A stretch of 58,796 nucleotides of DNA. It comes from a virus. Its lineage: Duplodnaviria > Caudoviricetes. Below the pieces are notes generated by a model, which was not told the DNA's origin, made no database searches, and saw only the letters and a program-made list of their open reading frames with translations. Made by a program: the position numbers and the translations under genes. The DNA lies in the IMG/VR virus record IMGVR_UViG_3300042890_001480, positions 1 through 58,796 of that record, one strand, 5' to 3'. Shown in pieces: positions 36,466-48,300 of the stretch (position 1 is its first letter; every line of letters starts with the position of its first letter).

Positions 36466-37515
36466 ATGAGTAATGAAACATTAGAAAAGGCAGTAGCCGC
36501 TAATACTTCCGTAACCACTAACATGACTGGGTCTGCAGTAGCAAACACAGGCGTACATATTGGTTCCGAAGGTGAAGGTGGATTACTTAATCCAGAGCAA
36601 TCAGCTCGATTCTTAGACTATATGTTCGACGCAACCGTAATTGGTAAAGTTGCACGTACAGTAAGAATGAAGTCTGATACAACTGAAATTGATCGTATGT
36701 CCGTAGGCGAGAAGCTTATGAAACTTGCGACAGAAGCAGATGATACCTCAGCAAATGCTGCAGTATCTTTCTCAAAAATTTCTTTGACAACAAAGAAGTT
36801 ACGCCTAGATTGGGAACTATCAACAGAGTCTCTAGAAGACAATATTGAGGGTCCAGATCTAGAAGACCACATTGCACGCATGATGGCAACACAAGCAGGA
36901 AACGATATCGAGGATGTAGTTCTTAACGGAAATACAGCTCTAACATCAGATGCTTTGTACAAGTCATTTGACGGTGTAGTAAAGAAAGCAAAAACAAACG
37001 GTCGTGTTGTTGATGCTGGTGGAGCTGCAGTAAGCCGTGCTGTATTTAACAGCGCCCTTAAGGCTATGCCACGTAAGTACAAGCAACGTCGTTCAGACCT
37101 TCGCTTTTTAGCAGGATCAAACCTAATTCAGGATTTCCTATATGCTAACAGCATTGGTACAAACCAAACAATTCCACAAGATATTGCTTCAAGCATTATC
37201 CGTGGAGCAACAGAGCCACTAGGTGGACCTGCAGGATATGTGGCACCATTCGCATTCGGTATTCCGATTGTTGAAGTTCCACTTCTTCCAGAGGCACAAG
37301 ATGGTGACTACTCAGGAGAGACTGGTAATCACGGAGATATCCACTTAACATTCCCAAATAACGTAGTTATTGGTGTTAAGCGTGATGTAACTGTTTACCG
37401 ATTCTTCTGGCCACGTAAGGACTCTATTGAGTACACAATGTATACTCGTGTAGGCGTTCAAATCGAACAAGCTGATGCTTGGGTTGTAGTAAAGAACGTT
37501 AAGGTTGCTTCATAA
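36466..37515 (+). CDS. major capsid protein (HK97 fold)
   Basis: GGLLNPEQ, LEDNIEG, NGN, FGIPIVEV; follows protease; strong terminator after. Confidence 0.92.
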   Translation: MSNETLEKAVAANTSVTTNMTGSAVANTGVHIGSEGEGGLLNPEQSARFLDYMFDATVIGKVARTVRMKSDTTEIDRMSVGEKLMKLATEADDTSANAAVSFSKISLTTKKLRLDWELSTESLEDNIEGPDLEDHIARMMATQAGNDIEDVVLNGNTALTSDALYKSFDGVVKKAKTNGRVVDAGGAAVSRAVFNSALKAMPRKYKQRRSDLRFLAGSNLIQDFLYANSIGTNQTIPQDIASSIIRGATEPLGGPAGYVAPFAFGIPIVEVPLLPEAQDGDYSGETGNHGDIHLTFPNNVVIGVKRDVTVYRFFWPRKDSIEYTMYTRVGVQIEQADAWVVVKNVKVAS

Positions 37516-37536
37516 GTAATCTTTAATAATTAAGTT

Positions 37537-37570
37537 GGGCCTGGCAATAGCCAGGCCCTTCTTATTTTAT
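37537..37570 (+). terminator. intrinsic terminator
   Basis: GGGCCTGGC-AATA-GCCAGGCCC then TTCTTATTTT. Confidence 0.85.
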
Positions 37571-37638
37571 ATTTATATGCCCTTCCCCTTTAATTCCTTT
37601 AATGCTATAATAAATATACTTGAACAAAGGAGATTATT

Positions 37639-38037
37639 GTGTCATTTGAGACATTAAAAATATCTGAACTAAAAAAGGTAGCCGAAGATTTCGGTGTAGG
37701 TACAGAAGAATTAAAAAACAAGACTGACATTATTGCTGCACTTTCAGAAGAAGGCGTAACCTGGGCCGTGTATCAAAAAACAATTAAAGACATTGAAGAC
37801 AATTTAGTGGAAGCTCCAGAGCAACCAGTTAAATTTGATCCGAAGAAAGAACTATCTGAAGATAGCGTTTTAGTCAAAATGACTAGAGCAAACTTTAGAT
37901 ACGACATTATGGGATTTACTTTTACAAAAGAACACCCATTTGTTGCAATGACTAAGGATAAAGCGCAGTCAATTTTTGATAAGGAGGAAGGTTTTAGATT
38001 AGCTAACCCAACAGAGGTACAAAGTTTTTATAGCTAA
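37639..38037 (+). CDS. protein with N-terminal HeH/Rho-N-like motif
   Basis: LKISELKKVAEDFGV....K.DIIAAL; GTG with SD AAGGAG; TGCTATAAT upstream. Confidence 0.7.
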   Translation: MSFETLKISELKKVAEDFGVGTEELKNKTDIIAALSEEGVTWAVYQKTIKDIEDNLVEAPEQPVKFDPKKELSEDSVLVKMTRANFRYDIMGFTFTKEHPFVAMTKDKAQSIFDKEEGFRLANPTEVQSFYS

Positions 38038-38050
38038 TTAAAATCTTAAT

Positions 38051-39040
38051 ATGGCAGAGATTTATGTAAACAGTAACACCCCAATTAAAACAAAAATATA
38101 TTGGGAAGGTGAACTCGTAGAGCCTAGCGGTAACGTAACTGCTGCCATATATGATATTACAGAAGATCCTGCTATTAGTCCAGCAATTCTTCCAACAACT
38201 ATTTTAACAACACTTACGGCAACAGCTGTAGAAACAGATATAGGAACATATCAGATAGTTCTGCCATTTTCTTATTCTGTAAGAAATAGAAAATTTAAAG
38301 TTGTCTGGTCTTATACGGTCAACTCAATTGCTGGAACCCATACTGCATATGTTGATGTTGTAACTCCATATATAAATTTTGGAGACACAATAGATACTTT
38401 AAATTTTGGTTCCGATCCAAGCGATCCAAATTATAAAACTTATAGAGAATTGCAAATAGCAGAAAAATATGCACGTAAACTTATTGAAGATTATACCAAT
38501 CAAGAATTTTATTTATATAATGACACTGAAGTGGTTTATGGAATGAATTCGGATATTCTTCCGCTTCCATATAAAATAAATACAGTTTATAAACTGTATT
38601 CAAACGATATTTTATTAATAGACAATAATACAAGTCCAGTTACAAACAACTGGACATATACTCCAATTATTTCAGAAACTGGATTTGGTATTAGAGTAGA
38701 CAGAACTTACCTAATTGACAATACAGTATATGTTGCTAATGGAATGGTTCCCCCAACAATTAATGATAATATAAACGGCGCTTTTGCAAAAAATGTTAGA
38801 TATAAAGTAGTTGGAAAATATGGCTGGGACAGAGTTCCAGACAATGTTCAGCAAGCCTGCGTAGAGCTAATGAAAGATTACTTTGCCAAGGACAACATTT
38901 GGAAAAATAAATATGTCAAAAACATTCAAACATTTGACTGGCAATTTGAATATGATTCAAACGCATATCGTGGAACAGGAAATGCATATGCAGATCAACT
39001 GCTTAATCAATATGTCATAAATGGAATGGTTGTTGTTTAA
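38051..39040 (+). CDS. head-tail adaptor/connector
   Basis: ARKLIEDYTNQEF, YGWDRVPDNVQQAC, DQLLNQY motifs; synteny. Confidence 0.75.
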   Translation: MAEIYVNSNTPIKTKIYWEGELVEPSGNVTAAIYDITEDPAISPAILPTTILTTLTATAVETDIGTYQIVLPFSYSVRNRKFKVVWSYTVNSIAGTHTAYVDVVTPYINFGDTIDTLNFGSDPSDPNYKTYRELQIAEKYARKLIEDYTNQEFYLYNDTEVVYGMNSDILPLPYKINTVYKLYSNDILLIDNNTSPVTNNWTYTPIISETGFGIRVDRTYLIDNTVYVANGMVPPTINDNINGAFAKNVRYKVVGKYGWDRVPDNVQQACVELMKDYFAKDNIWKNKYVKNIQTFDWQFEYDSNAYRGTGNAYADQLLNQYVINGMVVV

Positions 39041-39468
39041 TGCAAGATTTAATCCAGTCAGTTCTACCAATGAAACTGGATGTGTATAGACAGCTAGACG
39101 CACAAGATCCAGATACTGGAGCGATCAAAAAAGAATGGTTATTTTATAAAAGCGTGGACTGTCATGCTAAGGGTGTTATAAGCAACTCGGCAACTACCAG
39201 AAGTAGCGACAAACAGATATTTAATAATAAATATGTTAACGATCAAATAATTCAAGTTAGAACAGAAGTCAGATTAACAACACGGGAAAAGGTTACAAAT
39301 ATACGTGACATGAGTGGCAACTATATTTGGGTAGAATTAGACTTCCCTACAGAAACTCCTACCGTATTTGAAGTTATGGGCACTACACCATTAACCGACC
39401 CATTTGGCAGAGTTATTGGATATAACTCATCTATGAAAAGATCGGAGAACCAGCAAATTGGACTCTAG
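39040..39468 (+). CDS. head closure protein (putative)
   Basis: Synteny, size, beta-rich. Confidence 0.6.
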   Translation: MQDLIQSVLPMKLDVYRQLDAQDPDTGAIKKEWLFYKSVDCHAKGVISNSATTRSSDKQIFNNKYVNDQIIQVRTEVRLTTREKVTNIRDMSGNYIWVELDFPTETPTVFEVMGTTPLTDPFGRVIGYNSSMKRSENQQIGL

Positions 39469-40246
39469 TGTTATGTTGTTGTCTGCAGCCTCAGGTCTTG
39501 AAAGACTTATGATTGGCAGCCGCAGCGATGGCGTTTTAAAAGATAGCAATGTTGCCCAAATATCGGCAGCCCTATATTACCAATCTAATGTTATTGCAAA
39601 ATTAACAACAAGCACTCAATTTAAAAATAAATTTAAAAAAACTATATATACTCAAATAAATAAAGATTTTGGAGAATATATGGATGCTCAGGCTAGATCA
39701 AAACCTAGAAGCTTTCACCATGTTTATGAATGGAAAAAGTCTGGACTTTCTACGGCTAGATTATTTAAATTAAAAATGATAGATACAACAGGAATTTCTT
39801 TTAAAATAGATTTTGAATTTACCCCATCTAAATCTGCTGTTCCAACCTCAAAAGGCAGAAGAAGACATGTATTTGTAAGCAAAGCATCTGTGATGGAGGC
39901 TGGAATGCCCCTAACAATTGCCCCAAGGGCCGCAGAGCGCCTAGTATTTGAAACTGATACTGGAACAGTGTTTATGCCTAAAGGGGCCTCTGTGACCGTT
40001 AAAAGGCCAGGAGGGCCTGGTGTAAAAAATCAATTTACTTTATATTACAGCAGATGGTTTAGTAGCAATTTAGTAAATCTATCAATTAAAAGATCTGGAT
40101 TCCAACAAATATTTAATTCAGCAATGTCTAAATCACTAAGACTGCCATCATCAATTAAAAAGATTCAATATTCATTCTCCCCAAATTCAATTAGACAAAT
40201 GGCTGATGCGTCAGTAGAGTCGTCATTTGGAGGGGCAATGATATGA
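39458..40246 (+). CDS. neck/tail completion protein (putative)
   Basis: Basic 262-aa protein between closure and terminator genes. Confidence 0.55.
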   Translation: MDSSVMLLSAASGLERLMIGSRSDGVLKDSNVAQISAALYYQSNVIAKLTTSTQFKNKFKKTIYTQINKDFGEYMDAQARSKPRSFHHVYEWKKSGLSTARLFKLKMIDTTGISFKIDFEFTPSKSAVPTSKGRRRHVFVSKASVMEAGMPLTIAPRAAERLVFETDTGTVFMPKGASVTVKRPGGPGVKNQFTLYYSRWFSSNLVNLSIKRSGFQQIFNSAMSKSLRLPSSIKKIQYSFSPNSIRQMADASVESSFGGAMI

Positions 40247-40755
40247 CGGCTAATTATAAATTAGACGCAATGCTAGAGCTAAGAAAGTTCCTTTGGAGTA
40301 AATTATTAGCAGCATCAATATTTGAAGATACAGAATATTACAGTGATAATATTGGGGATACAGTTATTCCAATTATTCCAATACAGCAGTCGGCGGAAAT
40401 GAATCAATTTTTAAGCGGGAAAAAGCACATAGTCTATGACAAAATAGGAATGTCTTACGAGGACAATTGGCTCATATGTTGTGAGCAGATATTGTTTACT
40501 ATATATTCAACAGACGTTTCAGATATAAATGAGATTAGAAACTTTATGACTGATCAATTTAGAAGGATGGACGCCTCGGCAAAAGACGTAAACGGCTTTG
40601 CTACCCTATCTAATAAATTCAAATTCCACAGCATTTTTATTGCTGATATCTCTCCAACTGCTCCATCAGAAGAGCTACAGGGATTTTTATCGGCAGATGT
40701 AATATTAGAGGTTAAATATTCTCGTATTACAGACACCGTAGGCCGATTTGCGTAA
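40243..40755 (+). CDS. tail terminator protein (putative)
   Basis: Immediately precedes tail tube; typical size. Confidence 0.6.
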   Translation: MTANYKLDAMLELRKFLWSKLLAASIFEDTEYYSDNIGDTVIPIIPIQQSAEMNQFLSGKKHIVYDKIGMSYEDNWLICCEQILFTIYSTDVSDINEIRNFMTDQFRRMDASAKDVNGFATLSNKFKFHSIFIADISPTAPSEELQGFLSADVILEVKYSRITDTVGRFA

Positions 40756-40756
40756 T

Positions 40757-40785
40757 TTGCCTTATAGCCCAAAATGGCCTATTAT
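40757..40785 (+). promoter_or_regulatory. promoter of major tail gene
   Basis: TTGCCT-17nt-TATTAT; same -35 as the capsid operon promoter. Confidence 0.5.
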
Positions 40786-40865
40786 TGGATATGAGGAAAG
40801 AAAAGCCTAGCCAGCTTAGATTTTTTAAATATATATATATATTTAATATAGGAGGAAAATAAACT

Positions 40866-41573
40866 ATGGCACAATCCGTAGGTAATGCTAAAAATATTCT
40901 TGTTGGTGCATCTCCATTGTTCTTGTCAACAATTGACGTAAACGATGCAGATTACATTCAGAATGCAGTCCCAGGTGTAGCAATTGCTGCTGGAGCTAAT
41001 AACGCAGCTATTCCAGCTTTTGCACCATCAGTATCGTACACAGACTCACTAAATGCAGTGGATCAAACAGCAGGAAAGTTTGGATACCGTAACGTTGGTT
41101 TTACTAACAATGGTCTTCAGATTACGTACAACCCAACATATGATTCAGTAACCGTAGATCAGTTACTTGATACAGCTAAACTGTTCAAGTCTGCTATGGA
41201 GGTTATGATTGCAACAGAAATGTCAGAAGGTACACTCGAGAACATCGTAGCTGTATTTGGACAAAATGCATCATCTCTAACAACAACAGGATCTACAACA
41301 ACAAAGCAAGACATCCTTGGTCTTGAAGCAGGTTCTTTAGGAGCAGCCCCAACAGAGCGTCAATTAATCGCCGTTGGCCAAGCCCCTACATCATCTTCAA
41401 CAAGCTCTGAGCGTGTGTACTATGCACGTCGAGTATTGTCTGTACAACAGTCACAATTCTCACTTGCCCGTACCACTCCAACTACATTTCCAGTGACTTT
41501 CCGTCTTCTACCAGATGCTAACTATTCTGGCCAAGAATACGGCAAGATTATTGACCGTGTATTAGTAGTATAA
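40866..41573 (+). CDS. major tail (tube) protein
   Basis: NILVGA, VGFTNNGL.I.Y.P, VDQ, E.TLEN, FPVTFRLL; SD AGGAGG; followed by terminator and chaperones. Confidence 0.85.
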   Translation: MAQSVGNAKNILVGASPLFLSTIDVNDADYIQNAVPGVAIAAGANNAAIPAFAPSVSYTDSLNAVDQTAGKFGYRNVGFTNNGLQITYNPTYDSVTVDQLLDTAKLFKSAMEVMIATEMSEGTLENIVAVFGQNASSLTTTGSTTTKQDILGLEAGSLGAAPTERQLIAVGQAPTSSSTSSERVYYARRVLSVQQSQFSLARTTPTTFPVTFRLLPDANYSGQEYGKIIDRVLVV

Positions 41574-41594
41574 TAAATTTAATTTATTAATAGG

Positions 41595-41623
41595 ACCCCC
41601 AAGAAATTGGGGGTTTTCTATTT
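41595..41623 (+). terminator. intrinsic terminator
   Basis: ACCCCCAA-GAAA-TTGGGGGT then TTTCTATTT. Confidence 0.85.
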
Positions 41624-41678
41624 GTGTTAGTAATATGGTTTTGTTATAATAATTAAGACTATCCAAGGAGGATATAAA

Positions 41679-42011
41679 TTGGCTACAACCATATATAACG
41701 TAGAAGAAATCGAGCTTCAAAATGGAGCTAAGGTTAAGTTAAAACCATTGACAATCAAAGAACTAAGAAAGTTCATGGCTGCAATTCAAAAGACTTCAGA
41801 GTCAAAAACAGAAAACGAAACATTAACAATCCTTATTGATGCCTGTGCAGTGGCATTAGAAAAACAATTACCAGATTTGGTAAAAGATCGAGATGCATTA
41901 GAAGATGCTCTGGACGTACCCACAATCAATCGCATACTTGAAGTATGTGGTGGGATTAAGATGGACGACCCAAACCTTCTAGCGGCAGCGGTTCTGGCTG
42001 GTCAGAACTAG
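41679..42011 (+). CDS. tail assembly chaperone (gpG-like)
   Basis: Between tube and TMP; LKPLTIKELR; TTG with SD AAGGAGG; slippery site near its end. Confidence 0.85.
   Translation: MATTIYNVEEIELQNGAKVKLKPLTIKELRKFMAAIQKTSESKTENETLTILIDACAVALEKQLPDLVKDRDALEDALDVPTINRILEVCGGIKMDDPNLLAAAVLAGQN
41969..41975 (+). other. -1 programmed ribosomal frameshift site C CCA AAC
   Basis: X XXY YYZ heptamer in the correct frame; -1 frame open to 42334. Confidence 0.8.
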
Positions 42012-42334
42012 ATTTAGCCGCTCTATTAGGGGAAGTTTTTCTTTTAGGTAATTGGAAAAATTACGAAGAACTAGAAGAAAGTCTTTCAATGCCAGAGTTA
42101 ATACAAACTTTTAAGTCGATGCAGAAAACTGAAGAAGAGAAAAGAAAATTCTTGGCTATGCTTCAGGGCGTTAACTTAGAAGAAGAAAAAACAGAAGGTC
42201 CAACCTTTGAAGATGTAAGAAGAAAGGCGCTAGGCATAAATGCTAGTGGAGACGACATATTGTCACTACAAGGCCAGTTTGCCTCAGAGTCTGGATTTGG
42301 AATCGGAGCAGGATTAGGATACTCTAAGGAGTAG
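41975..42334 (+). CDS. tail assembly chaperone frameshift extension (gpT-like; ~218-aa fusion from 41679)
   Basis: -1 frame PSSGSGSGWSELDLAALLGEVF... continues into ORF 42089..42334. Confidence 0.78.
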   Translation, partial: PSSGSGSGWSELDLAALLGEVFLLGNWKNYEELEESLSMPELIQTFKSMQKTEEEKRKFLAMLQGVNLEEEKTEGPTFEDVRRKALGINASGDDILSLQGQFASESGFGIGAGLGYSKE

Positions 42335-42344
42335 AATATAATAA

Positions 42345-45300
42345 ATGGCTGACGAAAATATAGTCACGAATATAGTCGCTAAAGCCGACTTTTCAAATCT
42401 TATTGCAGATCTTAATAAGGTTTCATTTTCGTTAAGTAAATTACAAGATCAGCTAGTAGCTTCTAACAAAATGTTGGCAGCTCAAGTTGGTGTAATGAAT
42501 AGGTCATTTGCCGATACTTTAAGAAGTACTGGTCAATTTTCTACCCACTTTGTTAGCCTTTCATCTGATGTAGAAAAATTTGGTTCTCAGCTAGATAGAG
42601 GCCAGATGAGACTTGGAAAGTTTTTCCAAGTTTATCGTCAACACGCAACTTCTACTGGCGGATTAGTAAGAGATTTAGCAAAGCAACAAGTACAATTACA
42701 AAACGCAATTATGCAACCCTTGGGCAAAAATGCTCAAGGGTTAATGCAATATAATGTTCATATTCCAAGAGGCTTAGATTTAATAAAAAATAAATCTTTA
42801 ATAGCAAGACAAGAACTACAAATTATGAATAAGGTAGTTCAAGAAGGCGCTAATTCATTAATTAACTGGGGTAAAAATACTCAATGGGCAGGACGTCAGT
42901 TAACAGTAGGATTAACCGTACCACTAGCAGCATTTGGGAAAGCATCAGCAGATGCATTTAAGCAAGCAGATGAACAATTAGTTCGTTTAACAAAGGTTTA
43001 TGGCGGAGTAGCAGCAGTATCAGCACAAGAACTTGGAAAAGTAAGAGCTGACGTTTCAAAAACTGCAGAAGATTTAGCAAAGTCATACGGCTCATCATTT
43101 AAAGATACAATTGCTTTAGCTGCAGATATTGCAGCAACTGGAAAACAGGGTAATGATTTATTAGGATCTATACGGGAAACAACACGTCTAGCCGTCCTTG
43201 GTGAAGTTGATAGACAAGATGCAATGAAGGCTACTCTAGCAATTCAAACAGCATTCAAACAAAATACAGAAGAATTAGCAGAATCAATTAACTTTTTAAA
43301 CGCAGTTGAAAACCAAACATCAACTACCCTTAATGACTTAGTAGAAGCAATTCCAAAGGCTGGACCAATTATTAAAGGACTTGGCGGGAGCATACAAGAT
43401 TTGGCATTATATTTAACAGCAATGCGTGAAGGTGGAATTAATGCTTCTGAAGGAGCTAATGCTTTAAAGTCAGGTCTTGCCTCGCTTATTAACCCAACTA
43501 AAGTTGCAAAAGATTTATTTAACGGATTTGGAATATCTTTAACAGATATTGTTCAAAAAAATGCAGGAAATACAACTGCAACAATATTAGAATTACAAGC
43601 AGCATTAGAAACATTAAACCCGCTTCAAAAGCAACAGGCACTAGAACAATTATTTGGTAAATTCCAGTTTGCTCGTATGAATGCTTTGTTTGAAAATTTA
43701 GGAAAACAAGGAAGCCAGACTTTGCAAGTATTAGATTTAATGAAGGCTAGCTCCCAAGAATTAGGGGCATTGGCTACTCGAGAATTAGGACAAGTAACAG
43801 AATCGGCATCTGGTAAATATCGTAGAGCGGTAGAAGGATTAAAGGCAGATTTAGCTGGAATTGGAGAGCAGTTCTTAAAGATTAATACAAGTCTTATTAA
43901 TTTTGTTGATGGAATAATTAAGTTTGTTCAAAAATTACCAGATCCAATTAAACAAGCATTAGGATTTATGGGAATGTTAACGGCGGCGGCTGGACCATTA
44001 ATCATGTTAACTGGTGTACTCGGAAACTTCTTTGGTTATATTATTAAAGGTGCTTATCATTTTAAATCATTATTTAAAGGTGGAGAAGGATGGAGGCTAT
44101 TAACTCCAGAAATTTTAGCAGCACAAAAAGCTGGTAATTTAGTAGAACAAACATTTTATAGTGATGCTAAAGCAGCAGCGGTATTAAAACAAGCAATTGC
44201 TGGACTAACTGCAGAGTTTACAATATTACAACAAAAAGCATCATCTGCTGCAATGTCAGTTAATCCCGCCATATCAACAACTGCTGGTAATGTTATAGTT
44301 GCAGGCCCAAGAGTTGTAAATCCTAACCATCCGCTTGTAGGCAAAATAGACACAAGAGCTGCTACACACCATAATCCAAGAGGATTGATGAATCAAGCAC
44401 AAAGAGATGCCCAAACAATTCACTCTGTTACTCCTGGATCAATTGATGTAAATCAAAAAATAGGAACTGTTCCTCAAATATTTATGGCAGGAGATATGCC
44501 AAAAATTGAAGGATTAACATCTTCAAGAGGTGCTTCTACGGGAATAGTGGCTGGAGAGGCAGCAAAGTGGCATGCGCTTATGGGATCCCTATCTATGTTA
44601 AGTAAAAGAGAAGTTGCTACATTAAAGAAAGAAATTGCAAGAACTGGAACCTTTAGCGAAGATATAAGTAACACTTTTAGTCAATTGTTAGTGCCAATGA
44701 CAGATATAACTACAAATGCTGCTAATAGATCTGCTCAAATAGTTGCTCAATTACAATCTGGAAAAATTACAATGGAAGCTGCTCGTGCAAAAATTATTGC
44801 ATTAAATACAGAAATAGAAGCAATGATGGCTGCGGCAACAACGCAAGTTGCAACATCGTTAGGCAGAACTGCAAGTTTAACTCAAGTCCCTCTTACTTCA
44901 CAAGCCATTGTAAGTAATACTGGAAAAGCAAACTTAAAAGAAATATTTAGGCCTGGCAGAAAAGGTAAAACAATAGTTGATACTATTGCCAGGGCCCTTG
45001 GAGTAAGAACATATGGCGCTGGATATTCAACAGAAACAACAATGCCAAAGAAACTTGCAACAGGCGGAATGGTTGTTCCTGGACCAAGATCGGACACAAC
45101 AGATACTCAATTTATGAATTTAATAGAGGGAGATGTCGTATTAAATAGAAAAGCATCAGATGCCTTAATGGGATATAACAAGGGCGGCAGAGTAGTACCA
45201 GCAATGGTAACTCCTGGAGAAATTATAGTTAACAATCCAACACCAGAAGAAGCTGAAATGCTTTTAGCCTACAATAATCAATTTGCAGTCGGCGGCAGGG

Positions 45301-48300
45301 TAATGGCTTCAAAAAATAATTATGGAAATCCACCAATAGGTCTTGTTCTAAAACAATTAATGACTAGAAGAAATGCTGGAACAAGAGCTAGAGCAGAAAC
45401 AAGAATGGGCGAATACAGAGGTCATTCTTGGTTAGCTCAAGGAAATGCTACAAAAACAGCAATTGATAATTATTTATCTGGTATACCAAAAAATAAAAGA
45501 TTAGAGGCAGCACGGGCAATTGAATCTTTTGGATTTAAGTTAAAATCAACTGGTGGAAGAAATAAAGATATAACTGCAAGTACACATTCTAGAAGCGCTA
45601 AAACTTTAGAGACTAAGCATTTAATAGATGGAGATTTATCTAAAGATTTAACAAAAATTACAGGAGTAAGCCCTAGTGATGCACTTGGGGCCATGACTCA
45701 TGCTACACATTTAACTAAAGCTAAAATAATTAATGGTAAGAGAATGGTAAGCAGATATACAGTAGACTATGATGCCTCATCAAATTTGCAAGCTAATACT
45801 GGTTCTTTAAAGGTTGGAGATTTTATTTCAAGAAATCTTGAAAGACTTGATAAATACAACGTTCAAATGAATGCTGCTGGCGTACCACTTGATAAAAATA
45901 TTAGAAAAAAAATAGAAAAAAATATAGATAAAAATATTAAGTCATATTTATTAGCTAAATCTGGTGGCAATAAAGATATGCTTATGAGTGATAATAAACC
46001 AGGAACTATTAATTTAGAAGAATTAATTCCATTTATTGATAATGAAATAATATCTAATGGTGGAAATGCGGTTAATTTAAATAAATTAAAAAATTTAACA
46101 CAAGTTAGAAAACAATATAATTTAGGCGGAATGGTTGGGAAGGCTTTAGCTCCAAAATTTAAATCACAATTAAATAAAAAATTAGGTATTACATGGGGAC
46201 AAGGATTAGCTGGAGACGGTCTTACAAACAATCCCCCAACCTCAGGATACGGAAACCTTGCTCTTCAAATTGGAATGGGTAAAAAATTATTTGGTGGATC
46301 TGGTTTAACTCCTAGAGCACAAAACTTAATGTACGATGCTTTAGCAAAAGAACTTGAACAAACAACTCCTGATACTTACCTAAAAGTTCAAGGTGTTAGA
46401 GGACCAAAATTAGCAAGAGCAATGGATCCAAGTCAAACAAACGGAATGTTATTTGGTGCCGCTTCTACAGTAGCAGGGCATCGTGGAATTAGTAAAAAAG
46501 ATAGAGAAATACTTGCATTATGGTCTTCTGATCCATTTAAAAACAATTATCCAAAAGGATTGCTCAGTAAAATAACTGGAAAAATGTTTGGATATAATCG
46601 TGGCGGAATGGTTTCAATGCCGCCACAAATTCCAATTCCAGCCCAAGATGGAAAATATAATATGGGTGGAGTTGTTGGCGGAAGAGTACGTAGTGGAAAA
46701 CATAATTATGGAATACCAGGACTAGACATTTCTGGATTAAATCAACCTGCACTAATTGAACAAATGGGCCTACAGTCGGCAGAGAGACAGGGACCATTAT
46801 CTGCATTTACATCTGGACTTAGAAACCCTTATGGGAAATCTGCATTTATTAATCGCCAAATGCCAAAAATGGGTATGGGAGCCTCAATGGGAATTGGAAT
46901 GGGCGGTATGATGGCGGGAAGCATAATTGGCGGTGGTGCAGGACAAGCCGTGATGCTTGCATCTAGCATAGCATCAATGCTTCCTTATTTTGGAGGACTT
47001 TCTAAAGGAATAGGAATAGTTACAAAACTTGCTTCCGTACTTGGAAAATTAACAATTCCAGGAGCTTTAATTGGCAGCCTGGCTTTTGTAGGAAAATTAA
47101 TTTTAGATGCTAAAAATAATGCTGAAGATTTAGGAAAAGCAAATAGACTAGCATTTGGCGGTACACAGGAATCCTTTGCCTCTGTAGGAATTACAAAGTT
47201 TAAAACACTATCAGACAGAATGAAAGAAGTTAACGAACAAATAGACTTAAATAAAGCAAAAGCTCAATCTGCTTATGAACAATACACAAAAGGTGGTCCT
47301 ACAGGAATTACATTAAGTATAGCAGAGTTAAATGAGGCTATTGAAAATGCTAAAAAGAATCAAACTGAATACATAAACGCATTTAACAACATTGATAGTG
47401 GCGGAGTAAATAAATATGCTGCCGACCTTAAAGCACAATTTGTTGCTATGGGACTATCTGCATCAGAAGCATCTAATCAAATATATGCAATGGTAAAGGC
47501 TTCTGAAAAAGCAGGACAGGCATTGTCTGCAGTAACAACTAGCGATTTTAGAAACATTATAGATCAGACTACTGCTTTAACTAGACTATTTGACAATCTT
47601 GGAAAAGCATCAACTGTTAATAATTTTAATGTAGAAGAATTTGCAACAGGTCTAGATACATTAACAAGTTCAGTTATAGCATATCAAGAGGGTTTAATTA
47701 AAATAGATAAAATAGATCCTTCAAAATCAGTAGATTCTGCAAAATCCTTACAAATGACTATGGAAAAAATTGTAAAAATAGATGGCTCTAGGAGTACTTT
47801 AGGTATAAAACAGGTAGAAAGTTTAAAACAACAAAACGTTATTTATGCATCTATTTTAAAAGATACAGAATCTTTAGCAAGCATCACTGCAAAAATATTG
47901 TTATATCATAATGAATTAGGCAGAATAGTTGATTTATCTGCTATATCTGGCCCAGCCGCTATAATAATGGCCCAAAACTATGCAGATGTTTTAAATGGCA
48001 TAAATAAAATTACAGAAGACTCTTCAGACAATAATCCACTTAAAGCCTTAATTGATCCAATTAATAAAGCTAAAAAAACAAGTGCAGATTATGCAAAAGT
48101 AATAAATTCTGCACAAAAACAAGATGAGTCATATTATTCTAAAAAAATAAAAGCGATTGATTTAGAAATTAAAAAAATTAAAGATGCTGCAAATGAAAGA
48201 AGAAAAGCTTTGCAAGAACAGCAAAGCATGGAATCTACTGAGTTAGAAATTAAAAAGAAACAAATAGAGTATCAAGATGCCGTTGCTTCAGGAAATATGT

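Noticed and set aside
40803-40817. AGCCTAGC in the tail tube leader matching the symmetric leader repeat
   Set aside because: An 8-nt match is expected by chance; it also occurs inside a CDS at 38121
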